Source of the DNA: an uncultured delta proteobacterium
GTDB lineage: Bacteria; Myxococcota_A; Polyangia; Polyangiales; Polyangiaceae
Reading direction: 5' to 3'
Length of the DNA stretch: 64,000 bases
Assembly (NCBI GenBank): GCA_963850305.1
Contig: CAWKKR010000004.1
Coordinates: 448,001 to 512,000 of the forward strand
The position numbers and the translations under genes are program-made. Under the pieces are notes generated by a model. The model was not told the origin of the DNA and did no database searches. It saw only the letters and a list, made by a program, of their open reading frames with translations. The first letter of the stretch is position 1. The number at the start of each line of letters is the position of its first letter. This document shows positions 22,494 through 32,389 of the stretch, one piece after another.

Positions 22494-23528
22494 ATGTCCC
22501 TCCTCTCTCTCGCGCTACGTCGAGCCACCGGGCGGTGGCTCGCGGGCGTTTTTGCCGTATCCGGACTCGCCCTCGCCGATCCCGCAGGTCCCGCTTACTT
22601 GATCGAGCCCGGCGACGCGCCCGCGAACTCCGTCGTGATCGATCCCGCCCCGGACGCAACCGCGCCACCACCCGCGGCTCCTCTGCCACCGCCCGATGAC
22701 GGCGACGATTCGACCGCATCCGACGACGTGCCCCCGGACGTGACGCCGGCTTCGCCTCCGGTCGACGTCGCGGATACTCCGCCGGCGGCGCCGGAGCAGC
22801 CGTTGGACGATGATCCACGCAGCCTGGACGAGTTCGGGCCGCGGCTCAGTCCGTACGGCACCTGGTCCGACGACGCGAGCTACGGCACCGTCTGGACGCC
22901 GGATCAAAGCATCGTCGGTAGCGGGTTCTCACCCTATCTGTCGGGCGGCCACTGGATTCTGGACGCGGGAGGGAGTCGTAACTGGGTGAGCAGCTATCCG
23001 TTCGGAGACATCGTCTTCCATTACGGACGCTGGGTCTGGGCGACGCGCGGCTGGTCGTGGATCCCGGGCTATCGATACGCGCCGGCGTGGGTAGCGTGGC
23101 GCGTGCCGACCGACGCGTACGCCTATTACGGTTGGGCCCCACTCCCTCCGGACTTCGTGTGGGTGAACCACGCTGCCGCGTCGCTCTCGTGGCGCTCCTC
23201 CTATTACTGGATCTTTTGCCCGAGTACGTTCGTCTACGCCGCTTCGCCGGGCCTGTACGTCGTGCATTCGACCGCGGACGCACGCAGCATCGCGCGCCAC
23301 ACGCGGACGGTGCTCCCGGCGGTCACCCGTATCAGCCGCAATACGTACGCGATGACGGCGACGCGGGTCGCCCGTCCGATGGCACGCGTCGTTGCCCCCC
23401 GGAACCTCATGATGCGACGCGCCCCGGCCACGCACGTCGCGCCGCCCGCGCCCCGGACGGCACCCATGCATGGCGGCGGTCCTCAATCGCGGAGCTACGG
23501 TGGCCGCGGCGGCGGTCGAGGGCGCTGA
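22494..23528 (+). CDS. DUF6600-like Trp/Gly/Pro-rich secreted protein
   Basis: LSPYGTW..YGTVWTP, PYLSGGHW, FHYGRW, WIPG..YAPAWVAWR, GWAPLPP. Confidence 0.8.
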   Translation: MSLLSLALRRATGRWLAGVFAVSGLALADPAGPAYLIEPGDAPANSVVIDPAPDATAPPPAAPLPPPDDGDDSTASDDVPPDVTPASPPVDVADTPPAAPEQPLDDDPRSLDEFGPRLSPYGTWSDDASYGTVWTPDQSIVGSGFSPYLSGGHWILDAGGSRNWVSSYPFGDIVFHYGRWVWATRGWSWIPGYRYAPAWVAWRVPTDAYAYYGWAPLPPDFVWVNHAAASLSWRSSYYWIFCPSTFVYAASPGLYVVHSTADARSIARHTRTVLPAVTRISRNTYAMTATRVARPMARVVAPRNLMMRRAPATHVAPPAPRTAPMHGGGPQSRSYGGRGGGRGR

Positions 23529-23626
23529 ATCGTTTTCCGAGCAACCGCGCTACCGCTACCTCTCGGTCGATCTCGATGCCCAGCCCGGACAACGGCCCCG
23601 CGGCTCCGATTTGGGTCGCTCCCTAA

Positions 23627-24205
23627 CTAATCGTCCAATCCGAGGCCCTTGAGGATCCTCGGGACGTGCTTCTCCACGCGGGCGGCCCGCGTCTGCGCCA
23701 GCTTCGGCTGCGAGAAATGGAAGATGTAGGCCCGCTGCCGACCCGGCGTCAGTGCGGCGAAGGCCGCCTTCAACCTGGCATTCGCGGCAAGCTTGCGCTC
23801 GAACTCATCGGGCAGCTCGAACTCATCGGTCTTCTTGAATTGCACCTTGAGCCCCGCGCGCTCGATCTCGATCGCGGCGCGCACGTAGGCCTTCACCGTC
23901 TTCTCGAGCTTGATCACGTCCTTTACACTGGTGAACCTGATCTGCCGGCCTGCCTGCACGTTCTTCGTCTGTTGAATGAGAACGCCCTTGGGGTCCGGGA
24001 GCAGCGAGCCCTTGTGAAACAGGATGGCGCAATACTCCTTGAAACCATGGATGAGCGCGACGTTCTTGCCATCCAGCGCGTAGCAAGGCTGGCCCCACTT
24101 CAGCGCCTCGGTCAGGCCGCTGTCGAGGAGGATCTTGCGGAGCTTCTCGAACTCCGCGCGCCACTTGTCCTGCCGCTTCAGGAATGCATCTACCTCGGGG
24201 TTCAT
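23627..24205 (-). CDS. YdeI/OmpD-associated family protein (DUF1801 + OmdA)
   Basis: LKWGQPCY, HGFKEYCAILFHKG, LTPGRQRAY, TRAARVEK. Confidence 0.9.
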   Translation of the reverse strand: MNPEVDAFLKRQDKWRAEFEKLRKILLDSGLTEALKWGQPCYALDGKNVALIHGFKEYCAILFHKGSLLPDPKGVLIQQTKNVQAGRQIRFTSVKDVIKLEKTVKAYVRAAIEIERAGLKVQFKKTDEFELPDEFERKLAANARLKAAFAALTPGRQRAYIFHFSQPKLAQTRAARVEKHVPRILKGLGLDD

Positions 24206-24393
24206 CGTCGGCCTCCTGCGTCGGGTGACGCTGAGCCCGTTTTACCCCGGCGGCGCGCACCGACGCGAGGGCGGCGTTCGAACGGCGGCGAGGACACCGG
24301 AGACGGAGGCGCGTCGCGAGTGCATTTCCCGTCGATGCGGGGCGCGAACAAGCTGGCATTTCGTCGCGGGCACGGCTGGGATAGGCGGAGCTG

Positions 24394-25359
24394 GTGCCGT
24401 TCGCGCCCGTGGTCGTGGAGTTCGTCCCACCGGACACCGCCGCCCAGCTCCGGACCACGCTGCTCGATGCGTGCAGCAGCGCCGCGGAGGGCACGTCCTG
24501 CGTCGACGCCGCCACGCCGGGCGACACCGCGCCGCTCGTCGTCGCCACGGTGACGTGGAAGGACGCAGCTCATGCCGAGATCCGCGTCACGCGCCGCCGC
24601 GAATCCGGCGTCGTCGTCCGCGATCTGACGTTCGGGGCCGGCGACCCGCCCGACGAACGCTTCCGCGCGGCGGGGCTCGTCGTCGGCACCCTGGCAAGCG
24701 TCCTCTCGCCGCCGGGTAAATCGTCGAGCGATGGCGCCGGTACGGCAACGGCGGAGACGCCGGCTCATGGCGACGACTCCGACGAGCCGCCCGTGTTCGC
24801 CTCCGAGCGCGACAATCTTCCGGCGCCGCCTTCGACCAGCATTCCGTCGAAGGCCCGTCGTGGCTCCTTCGCCATCGCAGGGCTCGCCGGTTCCGCCCTC
24901 GATAGAGGGCCATTACGCGTCGGCGCCGAACTGGAGGGCCGCGTCCAGATCGAGCCATCGGGCTGGTTCATGACGGCCGGGTTTGCGTTTTCGGAAAGCG
25001 CCGCGAGGCTCGAGAGTGTTCGCACCACCTGGGTTCAGGCCTTCGGGGGAACGGCGTTCGAGCGCGACGTCGGCGGGTCGTTCGCCGCGAGTGTCCACGC
25101 CGAGGGTTTCTGCGAGGAGCTCTCGGCGGACGTGCGCGTCGCGGGCGACGAGACGCCCACGGATGGTGGAAGGCTCGCAGGCGGCGCGCGCCTCGGCGCG
25201 GATCTCGTCTTCCGCGGCGCCGAGCCCATCGCGTTTTTCGCGGGCGGCAGCGGCAGCGTCACCTTCGGCACGACGACGATTCGCACCGGCGACAAGCTGG
25301 TGGGTATTGCTCCCGCGCTCGGCTACACCGTCAGAATCGGGATGCGCTACGAGTTCTGA
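24394..25359 (+). CDS. Hypothetical protein with probable C-terminal outer-membrane beta-barrel
   Basis: GGAG before GTG; alternating beta-strand pattern; ends GMRYEF (terminal Phe). Confidence 0.6.
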   Translation: MPFAPVVVEFVPPDTAAQLRTTLLDACSSAAEGTSCVDAATPGDTAPLVVATVTWKDAAHAEIRVTRRRESGVVVRDLTFGAGDPPDERFRAAGLVVGTLASVLSPPGKSSSDGAGTATAETPAHGDDSDEPPVFASERDNLPAPPSTSIPSKARRGSFAIAGLAGSALDRGPLRVGAELEGRVQIEPSGWFMTAGFAFSESAARLESVRTTWVQAFGGTAFERDVGGSFAASVHAEGFCEELSADVRVAGDETPTDGGRLAGGARLGADLVFRGAEPIAFFAGGSGSVTFGTTTIRTGDKLVGIAPALGYTVRIGMRYEF

Positions 25360-25366
25360 CCGAACG

Positions 25367-26008
25367 TCACCCGGCCCTGCATTCGTGCTCGAATGGATCG
25401 CACGTACCGCCTTCGCATTCGGTGGACTGGAGACACTCGACGCAGCCACCGAAGGACGCGCAGTAAGGTTTTGCCGCCCCGCAATCGGAGTCCTTGACGC
25501 ACTCCAGACACGACCCGAGAACGCAAAGACGCGCCTCGGCGCTGACGAGCCTCTGATTGGCGCAGTCCGCGTCCGTCTCGCACTCGACACAGACGCCGCT
25601 CGCGGCGTCGCAGATGGAGAAGGGCGGAAAGCATCCGGTTTCTCCGCCGCAGTGCACGCCGCACTGGTTCGATGTCTGATCGCAGACCGTCGCGGCAGGA
25701 CAATCGTTGGTCGTCAAGCACTGGACGCAGGCGTGCGAAGCGGTCTCGCACCGGGGCGCGAGGAACCCCAGACAGTCCGTGTCGCTCATGCATTCGACAC
25801 AACGCCCGAGCTCGACGTCACACACGGCGGGTCCCGACTTGCAGTCGGCGTTCGATTGGCACACTGGCACCCTCCCCGCGTCGACGCGACCGCGGCCGGC
25901 ATCCGGCGCTCCGGCGTCCGCGTTCGACGCGAGTTGAATGGTGTCGTTCCCGCAGCCGGAGATGACCAGGGCGACGAGAACCAGCGCGCGACCGAGCGAC
26001 CTCAACAC
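25367..26008 (-). CDS. Cys-rich repeat lipoprotein
   Basis: Lipobox ISGC; repeated CVECxxxxDC units. Confidence 0.8.
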   Translation of the reverse strand: MLRSLGRALVLVALVISGCGNDTIQLASNADAGAPDAGRGRVDAGRVPVCQSNADCKSGPAVCDVELGRCVECMSDTDCLGFLAPRCETASHACVQCLTTNDCPAATVCDQTSNQCGVHCGGETGCFPPFSICDAASGVCVECETDADCANQRLVSAEARLCVLGSCLECVKDSDCGAAKPYCASFGGCVECLQSTECEGGTCDPFEHECRAG

Positions 26009-26150
26009 GACCTCGCCTTCCGGATTGCCACGGGGCAGCACGGCGGGCAAGGGGACGGAATCGCCGCTAAGTCCGTGAAAAGACGGAGAGGATGGGGCGC
26101 GAAACCGCTGCCTAATCTCGGGGCCGACGGGTGACTATGCTGGAGTCCTC

Positions 26151-26813
26151 GTGCCGGAAAATATCGCCCGAATCCAGCGCCCCAAGCTGCGAGCCGTCCC
26201 GGGCCGAGGGCGGGCGGAAGACGCCATTAGCGACGAGCAGCTCATCGAGGCGGTTCGGGAGGGCGACAGCCGCGTGGCGGACGAGCTTTACCGGCGCCTC
26301 GCGGGAGTCGTCGATCGGACCTTGTACAAGATCTTCGGGCGACGCGAATCGGACCACGACGACATCGTCCAGATGGCCTTCGAGCAGGTCGTCGAGACTC
26401 TGTCGCGGCAGCAGTTCGCCGGAGCTTGCAGTCTCGAGACGTGGGCGTCGCGTGTTGCGGCCCACGTGGCTCTGAACGCCCTTCGCGCGCGGAGGCGCGA
26501 AAGGCGCTGGGTCGATCGCCAGTCGGACGCGCTCGTCGCGTCCGAGCAGCGGCCCGTTCAACACGATTCGGACCGCCTCCTGCAGGCTCGCGCGAAGCTG
26601 GAACAGGTGAGGCGCCACCTCGTCGCCATGAAGCCGGAGCAAGCGGAGACGGTGTTCTTGCACGACGGTCTCGGCCACGACCTGGCGGAGATCGCGATGA
26701 TGACCGGGGCGACCGTCGCGGCAGCGCAGTCGCGGCTCGTGCGCGGCCGAAAAGAACTCTTCAGACGCCTCGACCGCGAGGAAAAAAACGCTCGCACAAG
26801 GAGCGACTCATGA
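26151..26813 (+). CDS. ECF RNA polymerase sigma factor
   Basis: DEQLIEAVREGD, DDIVQMAF, TWASRVA (sigma2); LAEIAMMTGATVAAAQSRLVRGR (sigma4). Confidence 0.9.
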   Translation: MPENIARIQRPKLRAVPGRGRAEDAISDEQLIEAVREGDSRVADELYRRLAGVVDRTLYKIFGRRESDHDDIVQMAFEQVVETLSRQQFAGACSLETWASRVAAHVALNALRARRRERRWVDRQSDALVASEQRPVQHDSDRLLQARAKLEQVRRHLVAMKPEQAETVFLHDGLGHDLAEIAMMTGATVAAAQSRLVRGRKELFRRLDREEKNARTRSDS

Positions 26814-27985
26814 TGGGCCGAGACGATCAGGAGCGAGCTAGGGATTTGACGCGGCTGTGGCAGGAAGCCGGGGTATCCGTCGAAGACGATGGAATGGAGA
26901 GCGCTCGGCGCGCGCGCGTCGTGCCGCGCATCGGGGACGCCATTCTGAAGGCCGCGACGCGACGGCGGTGGGAGCGGAGCACGAAGCGCGTCGCGTTCGT
27001 TGCCGCGGCGGCCGCTGTGTTCGCTGCGTTCGCGCTGGGCCACTACTCCGAACGTTCGCCCGGAAGAGCGGTCGCGACGATGGCGGGAACCATGAACTCG
27101 GTGAGCGCCCACGGTAGCGTCACGTTGACCCACGGCGCGGAGGCTCACGCCATCGAGCGCGCGGCGTTCGAGCTGGGAGACAGTGTCTCGACCGGACCGG
27201 AGGCGAACGCGGAAATCAGGCTGTCGAACCTCGTCGTCGCCGAGGTGGGGAGCTCGAGCGAGCTCTCGCTCATGACGCCTCGAACGTCGACGCATCGGCT
27301 GCGGCTCGACCGCGGCGAGATCCACGCCAAGGTGGACGATCGGCCGAGCCCGAGGCCAAAGCTCATCGTGGAAACGCCGAACGCGGAGGTCGTCGTCACG
27401 GGGACGATCTTCGAGGTGGACGTGACGCCGGCAGCGATGGGCACGGACGCAACGACGGTCGTCACCGTGACGAAGGGACGCATCGTGGTGCGCCGCGACG
27501 GGGCGGAGATCGCGGCCGTCACGGCGGGACAGCGCTGGAGTTCGGCGACGATGACGGCCCGTGCGCCGCTCGTACCACCGCCGGCGGTCGCCGCGCCCGC
27601 GCCGAGCGCGGCGCCCATGAAGACTAGGCCGACGGCTGCGGTGGTCCCGCATGAGGCAAAGGAACCAGAGGCTGCGCCCGCGCCCGCAACGAAGGACGAC
27701 GTCGCGGGAACGCTCGCCGAGGAGAACCGCCTGTTCGAGACCGCCGTCGAGGCGAGAAACCAGGGCAACGACTACGAGGCGATCACGCGGCTCACGGAGC
27801 TGCTCGATCGTTATCCGAGCGCGCCGCTCGCGTCCGAAGCGCGCGTCGAACGCATGCGCGCGCTCGAGCGAACGGGACACGTGATCGAAGCCGCGCGCGA
27901 AGCAAGGCTTTATCTGTCGGACTTTCCGCACGGATTCGCACGGGCAGAAGCACAGTCGCTGGTCTCGCAAATCGATTCGAACTGA
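26810..27985 (+). CDS. FecR-domain anti-sigma factor with C-terminal TPR-like domain
   Basis: ATGA overlap with sigma; single TM; LRLDRGEI, VETPNAEVVVTGTIFEV; LAEENRLF...YLSDFPHG. Confidence 0.85.
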   Translation: MMGRDDQERARDLTRLWQEAGVSVEDDGMESARRARVVPRIGDAILKAATRRRWERSTKRVAFVAAAAAVFAAFALGHYSERSPGRAVATMAGTMNSVSAHGSVTLTHGAEAHAIERAAFELGDSVSTGPEANAEIRLSNLVVAEVGSSSELSLMTPRTSTHRLRLDRGEIHAKVDDRPSPRPKLIVETPNAEVVVTGTIFEVDVTPAAMGTDATTVVTVTKGRIVVRRDGAEIAAVTAGQRWSSATMTARAPLVPPPAVAAPAPSAAPMKTRPTAAVVPHEAKEPEAAPAPATKDDVAGTLAEENRLFETAVEARNQGNDYEAITRLTELLDRYPSAPLASEARVERMRALERTGHVIEAAREARLYLSDFPHGFARAEAQSLVSQIDSN

Positions 27986-27994
27986 GGGCAGTCC

Positions 27995-28732
27995 ATGAAG
28001 AACGCAATGGCGAGCGATCTCGAAGAGCCCCACGCGGACTCGTTCTTCCGCGCGGGCGACGAAGGAACCTACGCCGGGGGCCCGGCCAAATCGGTTGCAC
28101 CGGTGCACCTGGAGACGGAGGAAGACGAGCCGTCACATTTCGCGACGCCTGCGCAGCTGGCCCGTCGAGAACGGCTTCGTCGGCTGGTGACGACGGTGGT
28201 CGGATCGCTTGCCGGCGCGTCGCTCCTCGTGTTCGCGTACCGGCTCGGTCGCGCGACACGCAGCGACGGCGGCGTGCCCCAGACCCTCGTTATGGCCCGC
28301 CCATCGGCGCTGCTCGGCGCGACAGCACCGGTCGTGCCGGCACCGGTCGTGACGAACGCTGTACCCAAGGATCTTCCAGCGCTAGTGCCAGTTGCCCAGG
28401 CGCCGAGCTCCGAAGTCGACACCCGCACGACTGGGGCGGCGACTGCACCTGCGACGCCGCCCGCGAAAGACCTTGGTGCTGCCAAGACCGACGAACCGAA
28501 CGCAAACGTGAGGCCACCGCCTAGCGTGCGGACTGCCGCCGCTGCGGTGAGCGCCGGCGTGCACGCGAAAAGCCCGGCTGTCCTCGCTTCGACCCCGCCA
28601 AGGCCGACCCGGACAGCTCGACCGGCCCCCGAAGAGAACGTGGCGGCACCCGCTCAGCGCGCTACCAGGGAATCCGGCACGGGCGCGGACCCTGAACCCC
28701 ACTCGCCTCCGACCGCCAGTTTCCCGGACTGA
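27995..28732 (+). CDS. Hypothetical single-pass membrane protein with Pro/Ala-rich tail
   Basis: FFRAGDEGTYAGGP segment, one TM, low-complexity C-terminus. Confidence 0.6.
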   Translation: MKNAMASDLEEPHADSFFRAGDEGTYAGGPAKSVAPVHLETEEDEPSHFATPAQLARRERLRRLVTTVVGSLAGASLLVFAYRLGRATRSDGGVPQTLVMARPSALLGATAPVVPAPVVTNAVPKDLPALVPVAQAPSSEVDTRTTGAATAPATPPAKDLGAAKTDEPNANVRPPPSVRTAAAAVSAGVHAKSPAVLASTPPRPTRTARPAPEENVAAPAQRATRESGTGADPEPHSPPTASFPD

Positions 28733-28843
28733 AATCCGGTCGAGCTGGACTCTCTGCCTGCCGGTTACCTGCTGCGGCTACCTAAGCACCGACAGGGAGA
28801 TCGATGCGTGGCGCGCGCCACATCCGGTTCAACGGAGGCGAAC

Positions 28844-29671
28844 ATGAGACTTTCACTGATCATCGGCGTGCTGGGTCTGACCATTTTCGCAGGCGGGATC
28901 ACCGGTTGCGGCGGAAGCACGAGCTCCGGCACGGGCGGGACGAACAGAGATGGAGGGCCCGGCGCAGGCGGCTCCGGAGCCGTCTCATCCGAGGCGGGGG
29001 GCACGAGCGCGGGTTCGGGTGGCTTCGCGACCGGGGCGGGTGGAATCGCAAATGGTCCGGACGGCGGCCGCGATCGCGGCGCCTGCGCGGCGGACACGGA
29101 TTGCTCCATCGCGCTTGGCGGTGCCGTGTGCAACACCGCGACAGGACGATGCGTCGCGTGCCTGACGACGGACGATTGCCAGAAGGGGGAGGCCTGCACC
29201 GCGGACCACACGTGCGTCCCGATCTGCACGGGTAACGCGCAATGCGCGCTCAGGACGCCCATCTGCGGTCCTCAGAACGTCTGTGTCGAGTGCACGGCGG
29301 ACGGCGACTGCACTCGTGCCGCTGGGCGAACGAAGTGCGACACGGCCACGGACGCTTGCGTCGAATGCACGTCCAAGGCTGATTGCGCGAACGTCCAGGG
29401 CCGGCCGGAGTGCCTGACCACGACGGACACGTGCGTGGAGTGCGCGACGAACGACGAATGTGCGAACGTCCAGGGCCGACCCGTGTGCCTGGCGACTGCG
29501 GGAACCTGTGTCGAGTGCGGCGCGGACGCGGATTGCAAGGCCGCGGCGCGCCCGCTTTGCGCCGTCGCGGTCGGCACCTGCGTCGAGTGCAAGTCGGACA
29601 CGGACTGCCCTGCAGCCACACCGACGTGCCGACTCGGAGCGTGTGTCGCGGCGCGCACACCGACGCCCTAG
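28844..29671 (+). CDS. Cys-rich repeat lipoprotein
   Basis: GGAGG RBS; lipobox ITGC; Gly linker; multiple CVECxxxxDC repeats. Confidence 0.8.
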   Translation: MRLSLIIGVLGLTIFAGGITGCGGSTSSGTGGTNRDGGPGAGGSGAVSSEAGGTSAGSGGFATGAGGIANGPDGGRDRGACAADTDCSIALGGAVCNTATGRCVACLTTDDCQKGEACTADHTCVPICTGNAQCALRTPICGPQNVCVECTADGDCTRAAGRTKCDTATDACVECTSKADCANVQGRPECLTTTDTCVECATNDECANVQGRPVCLATAGTCVECGADADCKAAARPLCAVAVGTCVECKSDTDCPAATPTCRLGACVAARTPTP

Positions 29672-29733
29672 CGGCCCCGGGGACGTGCGTAACGTTGTTT
29701 ACGAAACCCGGCTCGGAGTGCGATCATCCGGAG

Positions 29734-30375
29734 ATGCCCCGGCGCGCCGTTTGGTTTGCGACGCTTCTGGCGTGCGCGTGCACCAGTCCGTCGAACGAGG
29801 GCGGGACTGGCTTGGGCCTCGCGGCGGGCGAAGATGCGGGGCCGTCACCGTTCGAAGCGGGCGCACCGACGGGCAGCTGTGACGCCGTCGAGCAGCAGCA
29901 GAGCATCGAGGGGTGGAACCATGTCGCCGTCTGTTCGGCGGTGACGTACGGAACCAGGCCGCCCTCTTCGGGCGATCACTATCCGGTCTGGGCTGCCTTT
30001 CAGGCGTACGATACGCCGGTCCCCGAGGGGTTCTGGGTCCACGACCTCGAGCACGGCGCGATCGTCATTTCCTACAACTGCCGGGAGGGGTGCGCGGCAG
30101 ACGTCGCCGCCGCGACGAGCTTGTTCGACACACTCCCTGACGATCCCACGTGCGACATGACGGGCGACGGCGTCCGCCATCGCGACATCGTGACGCCGGA
30201 TCCGAAGCTCGACGTCCCGATCGCGGCGAGCGCGTGGGGCTGGACGCTGCGCGCACGATGCTACGACCCCGTCGCTTTCAAGGCGTTCGCGGAGAAGCAC
30301 TACGGACAGGGTCGCGAAGATCTGTGCGACCAGGGCGTGGACATCTCGGCAGAACCGGCCGGCTGCGGAGACTGA
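29734..30375 (+). CDS. DUF3105 domain lipoprotein
   Basis: PPSSGDHYP, VHDLEHGAIVISYNC, IAASAWG. Confidence 0.85.
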   Translation: MPRRAVWFATLLACACTSPSNEGGTGLGLAAGEDAGPSPFEAGAPTGSCDAVEQQQSIEGWNHVAVCSAVTYGTRPPSSGDHYPVWAAFQAYDTPVPEGFWVHDLEHGAIVISYNCREGCAADVAAATSLFDTLPDDPTCDMTGDGVRHRDIVTPDPKLDVPIAASAWGWTLRARCYDPVAFKAFAEKHYGQGREDLCDQGVDISAEPAGCGD

Positions 30376-30394
30376 GAGAAATGGGGCCCCCTGC

Positions 30395-30438
30395 CCCATC
30401 GGCTCGCGTCGGGCCAGCTCTGGCCGCGAGCCGATGGG
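30395..30438. terminator. Strong hairpin between convergent genes
   Basis: Perfect 14-bp stem CCCATCGGCTCGCG / CGCGAGCCGATGGG. Confidence 0.6.
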
Positions 30439-30454
30439 CTGGAGCAGCGTCGGT

Positions 30455-31480
30455 TCAGCGCTCCTCCTCCTCCATGTGCGCGCGGATGTGATCCGCGAAC
30501 TTCGGGCGCTGCTCCGGCGTGAGAATGCCGAGGATGGTCTCAGCCATGTGAATACGGCCGGTGGCCATCTCCTTGGCCATTGCGCCGGCTTTGTCGCCAA
30601 CGCCCGCCTTCTTCGCGTCGAACTTGTCCGATTCGAACGCCGTGCCCAGCGCCTTGAGGTGCGCCTTCATGGCTTCCATGCGCGCCTTCATCTTGGAGTG
30701 CTCGGCCTTCATCTCTTCCTTCATCTTGGCGTGCAGCTTGGTCCGCTGATCCGGGGTAAGCCCGAGCGCATCGGCGAGCTTTTCATGCTCCGCGTTCTCG
30801 CGGTCTTCGTCCGAGGGGGCTCCTGCAGCCGGCGCAGGGGCGGCAGCCGGTGCCGCGGCCGACGCTGCGGGTGCTCCGGCCGCGCCAGGACCGTGCGCGC
30901 CGTGCTCGTGCTCGTGTTGTTCATGCATCTCTTCGGCGTGTGCCTGAAGCGAGTCGATCAACTGCTTGCGCTGACCGGCATCGAGGGTCGTGTGGAGGCG
31001 CGTCATGGCATCCTGCATGGCCGGTACGGCCCCCTCGGCTGCGGTCGACAGGGCCTTCACGTCGGTGTCGGTCTTCTTCTTATCGATCTTTCCGGCAGCA
31101 ACGCCATCGGCGATGTCGCCCACCAGGGTATGGCGGGCGTCCTTCGGCGCATCGGCAGCCTTGTCCATGTCCGCGAGGATGCCGTCGACCGCTGCCTTCT
31201 GCTCCGGGCGCAGCGTGACGTCAGCAAGGCTCTTCGCGAACATCCGCGCCATGCCGTGATGCTCGGGCGGCGGCGCAGGCGGCGGCGCCTCGACGGACGG
31301 CGCTGCCTCCGCGGTCGGTGCGGCAGTCGCGGATGCGGGCGGAGCGGGCGGAGGAGGGGTGACTGTTGCCGACGCGCTCGGTGCAGGCGGCGCGGCGGGC
31401 TCGGTCTGGCTTCCGCCGCAACCGACGACGAGGGCGAGGACCAATCCGATGGCGGTTCGTTGACTGATTTGAAGGTGCAT
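30455..31480 (-). CDS. Spy/CpxP-like (LTXXQ) lipoprotein, His/Met-rich
   Basis: Lipobox VVGC; LRPEQ, LDAGQR, LTPDQR, LTPEQR; HEQHEHEHGAH. Confidence 0.8.
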   Translation of the reverse strand: MHLQISQRTAIGLVLALVVGCGGSQTEPAAPPAPSASATVTPPPPAPPASATAAPTAEAAPSVEAPPPAPPPEHHGMARMFAKSLADVTLRPEQKAAVDGILADMDKAADAPKDARHTLVGDIADGVAAGKIDKKKTDTDVKALSTAAEGAVPAMQDAMTRLHTTLDAGQRKQLIDSLQAHAEEMHEQHEHEHGAHGPGAAGAPAASAAAPAAAPAPAAGAPSDEDRENAEHEKLADALGLTPDQRTKLHAKMKEEMKAEHSKMKARMEAMKAHLKALGTAFESDKFDAKKAGVGDKAGAMAKEMATGRIHMAETILGILTPEQRPKFADHIRAHMEEEER

Positions 31481-31790
31481 ATTTTGGGGTCTCCCCGGGT
31501 TGAACGAAAATGGCGAGTGCGGGCGGGAGACTAGTGCGCTTTTCGCGGCTCAGGAACACGTGGAATCGTCGGAGCACATAACAAATTGCAAAAGACCGTG
31601 GCCCGGGCCCTGGTCAGACCCATTCCGGCGACCAACCGTGACCTTCTGCCGACGAACCGTGGCCGGGAGGCCTCCGACCGGGCGCGGCGACGGCCCCCGA
31701 TGACCCGGTGGTTCGCGGGTTCCTTGTCCACGGCGCAGGATTCGTGGCAACGGCCAGGGGGTAGCGGCGAAGGACCGCCAGGAACGAGCC

Positions 31791-32354
31791 ATGAATCATC
31801 TACGAAAAGTTACGGGCTTCCGTCTCTGGGTTGGGGTCCTCCTGGCGCCCGTTGCGGCGGGCTGTGTCGCCAATCCGCTGGATGAAGGCAGTGCCGACGA
31901 CAGCACGACCCAGACGACGACGAGCGGCACGACCGGCACTCCCGCGACCACGACCCCCACGGGTGTCGACTGCGGACAGGATCCGACCTCCGGCGTCACC
32001 CTGTGCGTCGGCTCGAGCGTCTGCCCGAGCGACGAGATCAACCCCGACGACTACCCCGGCTGCGGCTTCCGGACCATCTCCCCGAGCTTCGATCTCGAGT
32101 GTCTCTGCGACGGCAACGAACTGTGCCCGATCGGCATCGCGGCAACGTGCGGTGACATCGCGACGCTGCTCAACGGTCGAACCGTCGCGGACATCTGCAA
32201 TCAGATCGGCTCCGGGACGTGTCTCGAAGTGGGCAGCCCGACGACCGCCACCACCGGGACTGGCGGGCAACCGGGGGCGTCGTCCACTTGCGACACGGAT
32301 TGCGCGTCGGACTGCGCGAACGCCCCGACGTGTCTGACGGCCTGCGGCTGCTGA
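31791..32354 (+). CDS. Cys-rich lipoprotein
   Basis: Lipobox AAGC; ends CDTDCASDCANAPTCLTACGC. Confidence 0.75.
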   Translation: MNHLRKVTGFRLWVGVLLAPVAAGCVANPLDEGSADDSTTQTTTSGTTGTPATTTPTGVDCGQDPTSGVTLCVGSSVCPSDEINPDDYPGCGFRTISPSFDLECLCDGNELCPIGIAATCGDIATLLNGRTVADICNQIGSGTCLEVGSPTTATTGTGGQPGASSTCDTDCASDCANAPTCLTACGC

Positions 32355-32389
32355 CGCCGTGACGGCGCTCGGGCTACGCTCGGGCGGGC

